Shown here: positions 1 to 12,960 of the stretch, piece after piece
Layout: each line of letters opens with the position of its first letter
How positions within the stretch are numbered: the stretch's first letter is position 1
NCBI RefSeq assembly: GCF_011386835.1
Contig: NC_088810.1
Coordinates: 11,966,001 to 12,030,000 of the forward strand
Direction: 5' to 3'
Length of the DNA: 64,000 nucleotides
From: Chrysemys picta bellii
Taxonomy: Eukaryota
Notes under the pieces: generated by a model
What the model saw: the letters and a program-made list of their open reading frames with translations, nothing else
What the model was told of the DNA's origin: nothing
Database searches by the model: none
Translations under genes and position numbers: made by a program

Positions 1-497
1 GTTTGGCTCTCCAGCAAGGGTTGAGCCGAACTGATGAGCCGAAGAGGCTGACATGTGCTTGGGGCTCTCTTGCAAACCAGCGGGGCTGCTGTGTCCGCAA
101 TGGGGTGGCTCAAGGTGACACGCTTTGGTCATTGAACTTGAACAGCACTCGCATAGCATGAGTTTGAGCCCAGCCCTGTGCAGTGTGCAGAGAATGTGTC
201 TTGGGCGTGTCCCTTGTATCCGTAGGAGCGCCTTCAGGAAGATTTGCCCTTCAACCCAAGTAAAAGGCAATATTTCAACGGCTCCAAAATCCACCTCGGA
301 CCCTGATTCTGCTTCACAAACACTGACTAAGAAAGCACCCGGGAGCCAACAGAAAGAAGATGAAAGACTCGGGAAGCAGTCTGGTCACAGTTCTGGTTCC
401 CCTGTCTCAACAAAGCTATAGTAGAATTGGAAAAGGTGCAGAGAAGGGCAATGAAAATGATGAGGGGGATGAAACAGCTTCCATAGGAGGTGAAATT

Positions 498-737
498 AAA
501 AAGATTGGGACTGTTCAGCTTAGAAAAGAGACAACTCAGGGGGAATATGATAGAGGTCTACAAAGGATGACTGGTGTGGAGAAAGTGAATATGGAAGTGT
601 TATTTATCCCTTCACAGATTACAAGAACTAGGGGTCCCCTGATGAAATTAACAGGCAGCAGATTTAAAACAAAACAAAGGAAGTAGTTTGCACAATGTAC
701 AGTCAACTTGTGGAACTCACTGCCAGAGGATGTTGTA
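498..737 (+). mobile_element. CR1 LINE 3' fragment (degenerate)
   Basis: Resembles the CR1 RT C-terminus and 3' region (GGGACTGTTCAGCTTAGAAAAGAGA...GGAACTCACTGCCAGAGGATGTTG; translates to [16 protein letters not shown]). Confidence 0.7.
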
Positions 738-1629
738 TGTACGTGAAACAGCGATTAGATGAAGAGGGTAAAGGACAAAGTGCATTTAACAGGTTGTATA
801 TAAGCAATTGACTTGTTGGCCTAGTGGTTAGTGTGGTTGATAAGACCTTTGATAACCCTTTCAGGAAGGAGCTCAAAGGCAGCCTCCTTGGTGTGCTAAA
901 GATCCTGTTACTGTGTTTTTGGGATGTCCCTGACTTGAGGACAGGGCCCTGAAAGCACAAGCAGTGCAAACCAGAGAAGTGCCTGTCCAGTGATAAGATT
1001 AGTAGCTTTGTTGTTGCTAATAGGCAGAGAGACACGTTCCCTGCTCCAGCGTGGAATGGGGAATTTGGTCATGACTATTGCTCTGTGATGAATCGGAGGA
1101 GGGGATGGGGATAAATGCAGGGCATCGCTCTGGGTAGGGAAAGAAAGACTCCAGGCTTGGCGTAACACAGCCTTTGGCTTGCAAAGGTGTCACCTCCCCG
1201 CAGGCTGGGCCCTGCAACTAGGCCTGCCAACAGCCACTTCTTACAAGGGACGTCCTTGTTTCTTCATCGCTGTACAACAAGATCGGGAGCTGCTGAGTGC
1301 AGCCCGGAATCTCCCGGGTGAACGTGTTAATAACAATGCTAATATTTGGAGGGAGTGGGGCAGGGTGCAAAGAAAACAATTCCCTATTTTTAAATGCAAT
1401 GTTAGTAGCCCCATCCCAATGGACAGGGCAGCTGGGACCTGCCTGAAATTGACCAGGGCCTGGGATCTTAACTTGGAATTAGGTGTGGATTTTGTTTCCT
1501 GCTAGATGGACCCTCCCAAGCTGGGGATAGAACCGAGGACTCCAGGCTTCCAGGCCCGCCCTGCTCTACCCACTAACCCCCCCATCAAAAAAAAAAAAGA
1601 TGGGAAAGGAACCCAGGAGCCCACCCTTG

Positions 1630-2043
1630 CCAGCCCTGACCCCCGCCCCGGGGCATGCTGGGAGTTGGAGTCCCCACCCCAGTAGGCGAAAACCGGTCCA
1701 GCCCTGACCCCCGCCCCGGGGCATGCTGGGAGTTGAAGTCCCCACCCCAGTAGGCGAAAACCGGTCCTGCCCGGGATCCCCGCCTGGCACCTTCCTGAGC
1801 CTCGCGCTCCAGGGGATTGAAGAGCCCAGGGGGGACAGCGGGGAGCGAGCCCCGCCCAGTCCCACGAGAGAACGGGACTACAGCTCCCAGCATGCACCGC
1901 GGCAGGATGGCCGCCCGCCCTATTGTATTCTGAAGGAGGAATATGTCCCCCAACGTGTACCGCGGCCGGAGCCGATCCCGGGACTACAACTCCCGGCATG
2001 CAGCGAGGCAGGCGCATGCGCTGAGCGGGGCTCCGGAAGTTAG
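1630..2043 (+). promoter_or_regulatory. PSENEN CpG-island promoter and non-coding exon 1 (donor GTAAGT at 2044; next acceptor ends 2155)
   Basis: CpG-rich. ACTACAnnTCCCAGCATGC-type (ZNF143/THAP11) motifs at 1875-1895 and 1981-2001, with reversed variants at 1653-1673 and 1721-1741. NRF1-type GCGCATGCGC at 2012-2021. ETS-type CCGGAAGT at 2033-2040. Confidence 0.8.
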
Positions 2044-2178
2044 GTAAGTGTCTCGGTGGGGGCAGCCAGGTCCCCCCGTCCCCAGTGCGGGGGGCTTCAC
2101 AGGAGGGTGAGGGGTGTGTGGGCCCCTAGGCTGACCCCATTGCTCCTCCCCGCAGCTGCCCGTGCGGCCGGGGCCGCC

Positions 2179-3341
2179 ATGAATCTGGAGCGGGTCCCCA
2201 ACGAGGAGAAGCTCAACCTGTGCCGGAAATACTACCTGGGTGAGTCCGGGGGCCCCGGCGCCAGGCTGTAGGGGAAGGAGAGGAGAGGGCACCGGGCAGG
2301 GAGGGTGGGGAGGAGAGGGGAAGTGCAGTTGCCCGAGTGCTGGGATGTGGGGGGCAGGAGGTGGCACCGGGCAGGGAGGGTGGGGAGGAGAGGGGGAGTG
2401 GCAGGTGCCCGGGTGCTGGACTAGGGTTTGTAGGCTTGGGGAGCAGCGGGTGTAGATGGCAGCCACCCAGCGGGCCATGTTTTTCTGCCAGCCTCGGGGC
2501 TGCCTGCCTTGTGACCCCTATGCTGGTGCCTGGAGTACTGTGAGCTCCTGGTGGCAGTGCCCTGGCTGGCAGCCTGCCACAGCTGTATGGGGTGGGGGTC
2601 TGACCCCCCTCTGCTGCCCTCTCCCCAGGCGGCTTTGCCCTTCTGCCCTTCCTCTGGCTGGTCAATGTGCTGTGGTTCTGCCGCGAGGCCTTCCTGGCGC
2701 CCGCCTACACCGAGCAGCCGCAGATCAAGAGTTGTGAGTGGGCAGAGTCTGCTGAAGGGGGGGGGGGGCGCTGGGCACAGTGCTGGGTATGGCTCTGTGC
2801 TGGGAGCAGTGCCAAGGGCATTGGGGGCAGGGAAGGGGTGATCGGGACTGAGCTTGGGGGCAGGGGCCAGGAGCATGGCAGGTGGTTCCCGGTGGGGGGG
2901 GGGCAGAAGGGAGTATTGGGTGTAGACCATGGGGGCAAGAGAGCTGCACCCCCAATGCACCTATCGGGCAGGGCCTAAGGTATGGAGGACAGTGCCCAGA
3001 GGACTGGGAGAGGGTATTGGGAGCTGAGCTAGGGGGCAGGAGGGAGGGGCCCCTGGGGCAGGGCCCGGGGGGGCCATTGGGGCAGGGGACAGGGTCCTGG
3101 GCGGCAGGAGGGAGGGGCCATTGGGGCAGGGGACAGGGCCCTGGGGGCAGCAGGGAGGGGCCATGTGACGGGCACCGCACTCAGCTCCCCGTCTCTTTCA
3201 GATGTCCAGCGTTCGGCCGTGGGGCTGCTGTTCTGGGTGGTCGTGCTGACCACATGGGTCACCATCTTCCAGACACACCGGGCCCGCTGGGGCGAGCTGG
3301 GCGACTACCTGTCCTTCACCATTCCGCTAGGCATCCCCTGA
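2179..3341 (+). CDS. PSENEN: Gamma-secretase subunit PEN-2. Coding exons 2179-2239, 2629-2733, 3202-3341 (306 nt, 101 aa)
   Basis: Spliced translation [101 protein letters not shown] is recognisably PEN-2, including the DYLSF motif. All introns are GT-AG and the phases match (61+105+140 nt). Kozak gccgccATGa. Confidence 0.98.
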
Positions 3342-3505
3342 TGGCACCCCGCTCAGAGGGCATCCAGGGGGCGCCCTCCAGCTGGGACCAGCGGGGGTCA
3401 CGTTCCTGCCAGAGCTGCTGTTCCTGGCCGGGGTTGCCAGTCCTCCACATGCCCGGTTCTGCCCCGTGATCCCAGTTGGGCTGCACCCCCTGCTCCAGGA
3501 GAATC

Positions 3506-3511
3506 AATAAA
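3506..3511 (+). terminator. PSENEN polyadenylation signal AATAAA
   Basis: AATAAA 165 nt after the stop codon, followed by a GT-rich stretch. Confidence 0.8.
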
Positions 3512-5469
3512 GCTGAGGCCCGTTTCACCCTGTCCCACTGGCTCTGCGGCTGTGTGTGAGAGCACCGGCTGGGGTGTGAGTTCCTGGGGGAGAGGTGTGT
3601 AGGGCCCAGAGAGGCAGCAGAGACAGGCAAGGACACTTCAGTGATTCAAGCCACCTGAAGTGGGGAAGGGCAGCATGTGAGGAAAGGGGGTGTCCCCACC
3701 ACAATAGTCTTGGCTCCTGCCTTTCCTGGGGGGACATGCACATTCCCTGCGGGGGTAGAGACCAGAGAGGCGGCATGTAACTTCGCCTGGGTGAGAGCCA
3801 GAGCCATGGCTGCACAGCTGTGTGGTGGAATGGGGCAGGGAGTGCTGGGACACAGCCACCTCTGGGGAAGGGTAGCTGTGGAACAATCACACATAACGCC
3901 ACATGGGGACAGCTCCCTCAGTACTGAGATGCAGCCACATCTGCAGGGTAGCTGGGGAACAGCCACACATAACATCACATAGGGATGGCTCGCCCAGCCC
4001 TAAGATGCAGCCACCTCTCGGGTGGGGCAGCTGGGGAACAACCACACGTAACGCTGCATGGGGATGGCTCACCCCGTGCTGAAATGCAGCCACCACTGGG
4101 GTAGGGCAGCTGGGGAGCAGCCACACAGTGACATTCCAAAGGCAGTTGAGTGCACGCTGTACAATTATAACTGCAGAGGGCAGGAAGGAGCCCTCGGCTT
4201 GCTCACGATAATGAGGGATCCCTCCACCATCAAGCCTCTTATGAAGAGCAGGGCTGTAAGTTAGGAGAGGAGGCAGCAGATGCTCCTGTCATCTCCACGC
4301 CTGGCTTTAATAAGAGGAAAATTATTATTTATGGTACTTTGGAGCCCTGGGCATGGGGCAGGGCGAGAGAGCAAGGGTAGGATGTGGCCAGGAAACGGCG
4401 GGCGGGTGGGAAGAAACAACTGAGATGTTGGCACATTAATGCCACGCTAGAGCCTGGGCCCCAGAAGGGAGCTGGGAGAACTGGGGCAGGCCGTGATGCT
4501 GGTTATAGACTGGCAGGGGTTAGACTGTCAGTGGTAAATGTGGATTTCACTGCGGCCGGCAGCTGAGTGTCTCCATCCTTGACAATTGCCTGCTACAGCT
4601 CGGCAGTGAAATGAAAATGCAGCCTGAGAAGTGGCTCAAGTGGAGCTCAGGCAATGTACAGGTGTGTTTTGGCCGGGGATGTTCCCTGGGGTGTTGGAAT
4701 GGGGTTAAAGCTTTAGCCTTTTGCATCTTGCTGGCGCTCTCATTAAACAATAGACTGAACTTCCCATTGTGTGACATCCTCCCAATTTCCAACAACGGTG
4801 ACTATTTAAAACAATAGAAATGGGTGGGGAGGCTTAAACCCCATAATTTTGTGCCACTGTGAAAATTTAAGTTGATAAAAATTAATAAAATGCTTAAAAC
4901 TAAACCCTAATATTATCTGCCAAAATGATCAAAAATCAAAGCGGATTCTGCCGGCCTGCTTAGGACCAGCAGAACCCGGGGCCTAGGCCTCGTGGCGGAG
5001 CAGGGGTTGAAGGGTACATGGTGTTCAGAAGTGATGGAAGGAAAGGTAAGAGTTGGGGGGTAGCGTTGTACCTGCACTTGGCAGGATTTTATTTTTCTTT
5101 TCTGATTCTGATGGATATGATCAGTTTCTTTTTAAGCTTTTTTTAATTTAGATTTTTGATTTACATTTTCCCAGTTGCATGAGCTTAGGGGTTTCACCAT
5201 TCTCTTTATGTTCATCAATTTAAATTTCCAAATTGTACCTGTTTTCACTATTCAGGGGCTAGTCTGCCTGTAAATTGTGATTATTGTGGATGGAAATATT
5301 TTAGGTTGGTGTGTCTGCAGTTACACCCCCATTTACCGATAATAATCGAACCCTGCCAAGCGTAGTTTTACAGCAGTGATGTGGAGGCCGTAGAGGAGTC
5401 AGAAGTGGCACTGTGGATAAAACAGAGGCAGTGTGGGTCAGAGATCGCATTGGGGAAGGATCGCAAGAG

Positions 5470-6360
5470 ATAGTCTAGCAGGGTAGTGTCAGGGGTCTGC
5501 TATAGACCCCCCCCCCCAGGTCAAATATTTATGTGGATTGAGATCTCTAATATTAGAAATACGTCTGTGGATCTGTGGATGATGTCATTATGGGAGACTC
5601 CAGCCCACCACGCACAGCTTGGCGAATAAAGTGCAAAGTACTTCACTTAGGAAGGAGAAATCACAACTCCCAACCAGGCAGTAACTGGCGAGGGGGTCGT
5701 ACTGTGGAACTGGCTGCAGGGGGAGCACATCACTAGTGGAAGGGGGGTAGCAGTGGGATGCAGCTGCGAAGCAGGTCCAGCTCGTTCTGGGCTGTGTTAA
5801 TGGGTGTGTTGGATGTGAGACACGGGAGGTCGCTGTCCCACTCTGCTTGGCCCTGGTGAGGCCTTGGCAGGAGTCCTAGGTCCAGTTCTGGGTGTGGCAC
5901 TTTGGGAAAGATGGGGACACATTGCAGTGAGTCCAGACAGCAGCAGCAAAACTGATCCAAGGGTTAGAAAACCTGACCTGGGACGAAAAGAAACACCTGG
6001 GCATGTTTAGTCTTGAGAAAAGACAACTGAGCGGGGACCTGAGAACAGTCTTCAGCCACGTGCAGGGCTGCCGTAGAGAGGCCGGGGATAGTTGTTCTCC
6101 ATGCCCGGAGGCAGGACAAGCAGCAATGGGCTTAACCTGCAGCCGGGGAGATATCAGGAACCACTTGCTAGCTCCCAGAGGAGTTCAGTCTGGACTCGGC
6201 GTCCAAGGGAGGTTGTGGGATCCCTGCCACTGGAGGTTTCTAAGCCCAGGCTGGACAAACCTCTGTCAGGGCTGCTCTAGGGTTACTTAGTCCCACCTCA
6301 GCACAGGGGCTGGACTAGCTGCTCTCTGAGGTCCCTCCCAGCCCCGCATCTCTGTGATTC
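5470..6360 (+). mobile_element. Old CR1 LINE 3' fragment
   Basis: GTGCAAAGTACTTCACTTAGGAAGGA near 5630, [17 protein letters not shown]-like translation, and a CR1 3' end (..CTGAGGTCCCTCCCAGCCCC..CTGTGATTC). Many disruptions. Confidence 0.75.
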
Positions 6361-7989
6361 CCAGGCAGGCTGGTGACTGAATCCCTCTAACAACAAGTAG
6401 GGCCCAGGATTTCCTGGCTGTGGCAGCCAGCAGTTTTCCTCAGCAAAACCCCCTGGGCAGCTGGATCCATGAAGGGGCTTCGGCACCCAAGTCCTGCACG
6501 CAGGGGCCCCCAAGATCCTCACAATCCCTGCCCGAGTCCTGATGCCATAGAGAGGAGCTCTGGGATTCACAAACCAGGTGTTCCCTGGCTGTCGGGGCCA
6601 GGTGGGCCTGAGCCAGACCCAGAGAATACCTAACCCCGCAAAGAGGGGCTGGGGGTGTGACTGCTTAGCCTGATTTGGAGCAGGGCTTGGCCCCTGTCTT
6701 TCCCCTCCCAGGGGAACCCCTAATATTCTGGCCCGAGTCCTTCCTGCTCCGTGTTGGTTACGGAGCTATTGGGCCGGAGGGAGAAGGACTCTGCACCTGG
6801 GCTTGCAAGGAGCCGGGTTTTATCGGTACACATCACTTGTGCGGGATGCACATGAGCCCACCTGTCAAGATCTCCCTTGCCTGGCAGCGCCAGCAGACCA
6901 CAGCCTGGGACCAGTGCCGCAGCTGAAGGCTCCTTACGTGTCTCTTTAGACAGGGGATGAGACCAGTTTGTGTTTAACGCTTTAACCAGCTTTAGCCTTT
7001 CCAATCTCAACAGTGCCTGTCACTGACTATTGGCTGACTCTGCAGGCTGTTGTCTGATCCACCCCACCCCCACAGTTACCTGCCACGCTCAAAGCGTCAC
7101 TGGATACACCTTGCAAAGACGATGCTGAGTGCTGTAATTGTGCACAGCCGGGACCGTGCCCATCGCTGCAAATGCTGTAAAACGCAACGTCGCTCTTGTC
7201 TCCAGTCGAGTCAGACAAGCCCGGTTCTGCCCCCGGGGAAGCAGGGGGCAGTGCTGCTCTGGGTTAGGGAGCGCAGCACTGCCCCCTGCTGAGCCCCTCA
7301 CCCTGCTCCGCGGAGCTAGTAACTCTAGAGGGGCAGGGGTCTCTTGCCAGCTGCTGTGTGAAAGACACCGAGTTGCCCGAGGGAAGCGTGGCAGGTTGGC
7401 AACCAGGGGTGTTGCCCTGACGCTGAGAAGGGCGGGGTGTCATGCCCCATGGCTCTGGCTGGAGCCTCATTTATTTAATTTCTTCATTAATGAGCTTGAC
7501 CCAGCATGGGCGGGTGAAACCTGCTGATGCGGGGTGGGGGGGGAATTGGGCAACCGGGAGCCCTGGATGACCTTGCCCATGGGAGGGACAGACAGGGGAT
7601 GTGACAGCGTGAAAAAGCAAAGGTGTGGCGTAGGGCCTCTGGTAGGATAGACGGGGGCTTGTCAGTCAGAGGGAACGGGCACCGTGCCAACAGCCAGCGC
7701 GCATCAGGCGCGGCACTTCCAGCAGTGGTAGAGACGGGTTCGCGCCGCTGGCCAAGGGGCAGCTCAGAGCCCAGCTGGAGGGGTCCAGCTCTGTGCTGTT
7801 TCCCCACATTCCGGACATGGGGGTTCACACTAGACCCGGTACAGCGAGGGGCTGAGCCCAGGCGCAGAGAGTCCATCTCATGTGGCTTGTTCGACTGGGC
7901 ACAAAGCAGGCTGAGAAAGGCTGTACTGGCCTAGAAATGCTGTAGGGGGCGCCAGGGAGTTGCTGCCATGGCTGACACAAAACTCCCCA

Positions 7990-8260
7990 TACCGCTCCAT
8001 GCAGCACAGCGCCCCCTGCTGAGCCCCCACCCCCTGCAGCCCATTGCCCCCTGTTGGGCCCCCACCCTGCTCCCTGCAGCACAGCAACCCCTACTGAGCC
8101 CTCCTGCCATGCTCTCCGCAGCACAGCGCCCCCTGCTGACCCCTGTCCTACTCCCTGCAGCACAGCACCCCCTACTGAGCCCCCCGCCTGCTCCCCACAG
8201 CACAGCAACCGCTACTGAGCCCCTGCCCTGCTCCCTGCACTCCAGTGCCCCCTGCTGAGC
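7990..8260. repeat. About 40-bp minisatellite (GCAGCACAGCGCCCCCTGCTGAGCCCCC...)
   Basis: About 6 imperfect tandem copies read directly from the sequence. Confidence 0.7.
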
Positions 8261-9301
8261 CCCCCCCCCCCCCCCCGATGCGTGTTTCAGGACATACTTC
8301 GGACGCCGTTGCTCCGTCCTTGGGGCAGGGTCTCTGGTCCACTCCAGTCACCGGCTTCACTACCCCTCTCCTCCTGGGACAGCTGCTGCTTCCCCTAGAA
8401 CCTGGGGCAGAGAGTTGTGGGCGGAGGGAGAGATTGTCATTATGGCCAGTCAGAATGGAGATTTCTTCCCACCTTACTGCCCCCCACCTCACTCTAACCA
8501 TTAGCCCCACTCCCCTCCCAGACCGGAGGACAGAACCCAGGAATCCTGGCTCCCAGCCCCCCCACTTCCCACACCATACCCAGTGAAGTTTCCTAGTCTG
8601 TTTGTGTCCCTGGCTACCCCTGCCCCCACTACCCTGTTGGGAGTGGGGAGCTCAACCCTCATTTTGGACTGTCGGAGCAGTATGACCCCTCCCACGCTCA
8701 GGACTGTACCCAAATCCCTGCTCCCTTCTATCCCTCTAGCTCAGCCTCCTGCCCTGTCCCCACCTCTGCTGGATTCTTCCTCCTCACCAGTCCCCCACCA
8801 GCCCAGCGCAATTGGGGGGAGGAGGTCCTCGATGTGGGCTGAGCTGGCACCCACTCCCTGCCCCATATTGCTCCACCCACCCCTTCCCCGCCTGTTCCAG
8901 GCTGCCCAAGGCTCCCTGCACTGCAGGCTGCGGATCCTGCCATGCAGTGGGAGGCAGCCACCATGTGGGCAGAGGAACCCCTCCCCTCTGTGCCCAGCAA
9001 GCCAGGGCCTGCATGGCCCCCCAGGCTTAGCGCCCGCCCAGGCCAGGCCTCCTCCCACGCACCCACTAGGCCACAGCACAGGAGAGGGCAGCTGTGTCAG
9101 GTGGCTGGTGAGTGCCCCTGGGGACAGGGCCCTGAAGTCCACCCCCCTCCCATGTGGCTCAGGGTACCATCCCTCCACCCCCCAGGAACCTGGCCTGGAT
9201 CAGAGCCATGGCCCCAACCCCCAGCCTCTGGGGACCAAAAGGGGGGGGAATGGTTACTGGGGGCAGCATTTTCCATGAGCCCTGGCACCTGAAGAACTGC
9301 C

Positions 9302-10018
9302 TGTCACAGAGTCACCGGGCGATGCTCTGGAACTACTCCCTACGAAGCCAGTCAGGACTCTGGGGGAGCCTCCTCTCTCGGAGCAGACTGTCTCCAGGGC
9401 AAGAAGCTTACACAGCTTCCACCTTCCTGGGTCTGACCTCGGAGCATTCAGCATCCCCTTCCACACCATGCGCTTCCCACAATGAGTCCGCCTGGGCGGG
9501 GCTCCTGGGGAAGCCAGAGTGTCCTGCACCCCAACTTCACAGTCAGACATGACTCTCAGCCAGCGTGTGACACAGAAGGTTTATTAGTCGATGGGAACAG
9601 AGCATAGAACAGAACTTGTTAGCACAGAAATCCGTGACTTTCAGCCAAGTCCATCTTGGGGGGGGGGGGAGCCCAGAGTCAGGGCTCTGGTCCTCCCCCT
9701 GTGCCCCAAGCCAACCCAGATGAGACTGACTTCCAGCTGCCTGGCCCCTGCCCTGCCCATTGCTCCTCCTCCAGCCTTTGTCTCGCTTCCCGGGCCAAGA
9801 GTCACCTAGTCGTATCCCCCTCCTGGGTCTCAGGTTACAAAGGGGGCAGCCATAGCATTCATGCAGGCAGCTAGTACAGCCCCCACAAAAGTCACACACC
9901 CTTATTCCCACCACCTAGACACTGGTGCAATACACAGGGAAACTGAGGCGCACACAGCATTCATGCAGAACAGTAAGACTCTCACAACATAACAAGGGAA
10001 AATCCCCACTTCGTCACC
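9302..10018 (-). mobile_element. Solo LTR, about 717 bp
   Basis: Reverse-complement homolog of 36615-37328. Ends in TGTGACA on the minus strand, has a minus-strand AATAAA, and has no internal coding sequence. Confidence 0.8.
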
Positions 10019-11859
10019 CTCCTAACTTCCCCTCCCTCTGCTAGCTAGGCCCAGCCTTGCTTAGTGTCCCCACCCTGCCAGCCCTGCACCCGGGCACCCT
10101 GGCTGAGCCTCAGCCCACAGACCCAGCTGCACTGACGTCCTGGGTCAGAGCCCAGGGGGGCCTCTAGCGCCAGGAGCCAGAGGACACAGACACACACACG
10201 CACTCACAAGCATACGCCCAGGTGTGTGCCCCAAAAGACAGATGCATAAGCAGACACCCTCCCTCCCCCAGTGCACACACAGATTTCTCCCCCCACAATG
10301 CACACGTGTGCATGGCAACAACCCACCCACACGTTCCCCGATAGCACTTTCCCCCCCATACACACAGACATTACACACACAATACACACGCACACCCATC
10401 AATATGCACACATCTCCATGCAAACACACACACCCTCTGGCTGATGCACACACACGTGCCCAGCACACATGCATGGATCCAGTGGCAGTCGTCAATTTCC
10501 ACTCATCTATTTTGGGCGCTGGGAGTGCCCAGCTGGGAGCCCAGCCTTGGCTCAGCCTCAGCTCCCTGCTTGGAACCAGCCAGCCACATGGGGGCTCAGG
10601 ATATTCCCCCTTCTCCACCCCCAGCCCAGAAAAGACCCCCCACACACACACTCCAGGGAGTGGGCTGTGAGCTAGGCCACTCCCTGCTGCGCCCTGTCTG
10701 CTGCGGGTCACCCCAGTCTGCAGCGAGCGCATTCCGCAGCCACTATGCCAGGCAGCAGCCAGGCTGACATGGCCTGCAGCCAGCGCTGAGTCACGGGCCC
10801 CAGTTTACCTGCTGACGTCCCCAAAGCCCCTTCCAGGGGCCTCGCCCAGCTCCCAGACACAGGGCTGCACAGGCCCAGGCTAAGGCCCCCGGTACTCCCT
10901 GTACTGGAGAGTTCAAGTACAGCCTGGCAACAGGACCCTTGCAGGGTCACTCAGTAGTGATAGAACGCAGGAATCCTGGCTCCCAACCCCCCTGCTCTAA
11001 CCACTAGCCCCTACCCCCTGAGCCAGGGATAGAACCCAGGAGTCCTGGCTTGCAGCCTCCCCCACTCTAACCATTAGACCCCACTCCCCTCCCAGAGCTG
11101 GGGCTAGCACCCAGAGGGGCCTAGTCTAGAGACCAAGCCCTGGCCCCAGGGGACGCAGCAGGTGGGGTGTCTCTGGGGCGGGAGGCACCAGGACCGAGCC
11201 TGCTCCCCAGGCCTGGCTGCTCAGACAAGTCCCGGGCATCAGGCCGGCACTAATTACAGGGCCCCACCAGCTCCTGCGTTCAGAACAGGTGAGACAATCG
11301 GCCCAGCCCTGGCACATCAAAGTGGGAAAGCAGTGTAACATCCTGCCGTGGGTCTCACTGCTCCTTGGGCCAGAGTTCTCTGCCCTACACAGCCAGCACG
11401 GCTGAGTCCCAGCTGCTCTGCCTACAGCGGGCGGTGGCTCAGCGCTGGGTGAGCTGTCCCCATGCAGTATTATGTGCGGCTGTTCCCCAACTGCCCCAGC
11501 CCAGAGGTAGCTCCATCTCAGCACCCATTGAGCTGTCCCTGTGCAGTGTTGCTATGTAGCTGTTCCCCAGCTGCCCTGGCCCAGAGGTGGCTGCATCGCC
11601 TGGTGAGCCATCCCCATGTGGCATTATGTACAGCTGTTCCCCTCCCACCCCACCTACAGGTGTCTGCATCTGAGCACCAGGCCCTTGTTCTGTAGGTGTT
11701 AAACCCCGTGAGACAAACATTGCAACACTGATTTTGTAAGTGAAACTTCCCAGCCCCCAGGTCAATTTTTATGGTCCAGGTTTGAGCTGAGTTAGTTCAG
11801 CTGTTTTGCATCAGGGAGATAAACACCCTTTCCTTGCCAGAATGTAATGCTAGAAAGGG

Positions 11860-12195
11860 GGAGCCAGGACGCTTGGGTTCTCTCTCTGGCTCTGGGAGGG
11901 GAGTGGGGTCTGGTGGGTTAGAGCAGCGGGGGCTGGGAGCTAGGACACCTGGGTTCTCTATCTGGCTCTGGGAGGGGAGTGGGGTCTGGTGGGTTAGAGC
12001 AGCAGGGGCTGGAAGCCAGGACGCCTGGGTTCTCTCTCTGGCTCCGGGAGGGGAGTGGGGTCTGGTGGGTTAGAGCAGGGGGGGCTGGGAGCTAGGACGC
12101 CTGGGTTCTCTCTCTGGCTCTGGGAGGGGAGTGGGGTCTGGTGGGTTAGAGCAGCGGGGGTTGGGAGCCAGGACGCCTGGGTTCTCTCTCTGGCT
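11860..12195. repeat. About 67-bp tandem repeat (GGAGCCAGGACGCCTGGGTTCTCTC...GGGAGTGGGGTCTGGTGGGTTAGAGCAG), about 5 copies
   Basis: Direct tandem copies. The same family recurs dispersed at about 1520, 8500, 10970, 13340, 20500, 21900, 25420, 33220 and 49975-50212. Confidence 0.8.
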
Positions 12196-12399
12196 CTCGT
12201 CTCCCGTGCCCTGCCTGCACTCTCTCCCTGCTTGTAGGATCAGCCTATCACTGAAGGGCCTTTGTGTGTCAGCCACTGACACCCCCTGTGCCCACAACCA
12301 GGGAGCGAGGCAGTAGGATGGAGCTTTTTGGTGGTTATTGCGCTGCTATGGGGGGCTGGCTGCAGTGGCCCAGGGGGAGACAAAACCACCCAGGCCTGT

Positions 12400-12960
12400 G
12401 GGGATCCGGAGGCTGGGCTGGGGGGTAGCTGTGGCTGGTGTTTTCAGTTCTGCGGTGACTCCTTGCGTGTGGCTGGGCTGTGTGTGTATCTGGCTGTCTG
12501 GGTTTGCAGCTGTTTCAGGGCTCCGGCTGTGGCTGTACTGTGTCTCACTGTCTTTGTGGCTGTGTGTGTCTGGATGTGTCTGCGTCTGTTGTGGGGCATG
12601 GGCTGTGGCTGTTCTGTGTCTTGTGTTTGCAGCTGTGTGTGTTTGTGGCTGTGCATGTGTTTGTGGCTGTGCATTTCTGGGTGGGGGTGTCTGGCTGCAT
12701 CTGTGGGCTGTGGCAGTTCTATCTCGTGTTTGTGGCTAGCTCTGTGTGTGTCTGGCTGTGGGTATGGTTGTGTGTCTGGCTGTGTCTGTGTTTGCAGCTA
12801 TGCATGTGTTTGTGTCTGTGTTTGCAGCTGTTGTGGGGCTCAGGCTGCAGCTGGGACGGTGTTTGGGATTCTCTAGCCGTGTCTGGGGCTGCGAGCCAGG
12901 TGGCATGCGTGTCCAGCTGTGGCTCTGTAGCTGGGTTCGTATCTTTGGCAGGTGTCATGC
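12400..12960. repeat. TG/CTGTG-rich low-complexity repeat
   Basis: Degenerate (TGTG/GCTGTG)n. It explains the Cys/Val-rich spurious ORFs in this stretch. Confidence 0.7.

Noticed and set aside
1384-1393. MEF2-like CTATTTTTAA site
   Set aside because: A single short match with no supporting context, 13 kb from the muscle-expressed HSPB6.
6675-7934. Several medium ORFs and a good plus-strand acceptor near 6711
   Set aside because: No recognisable protein in any frame and no consistent exon chain could be built.
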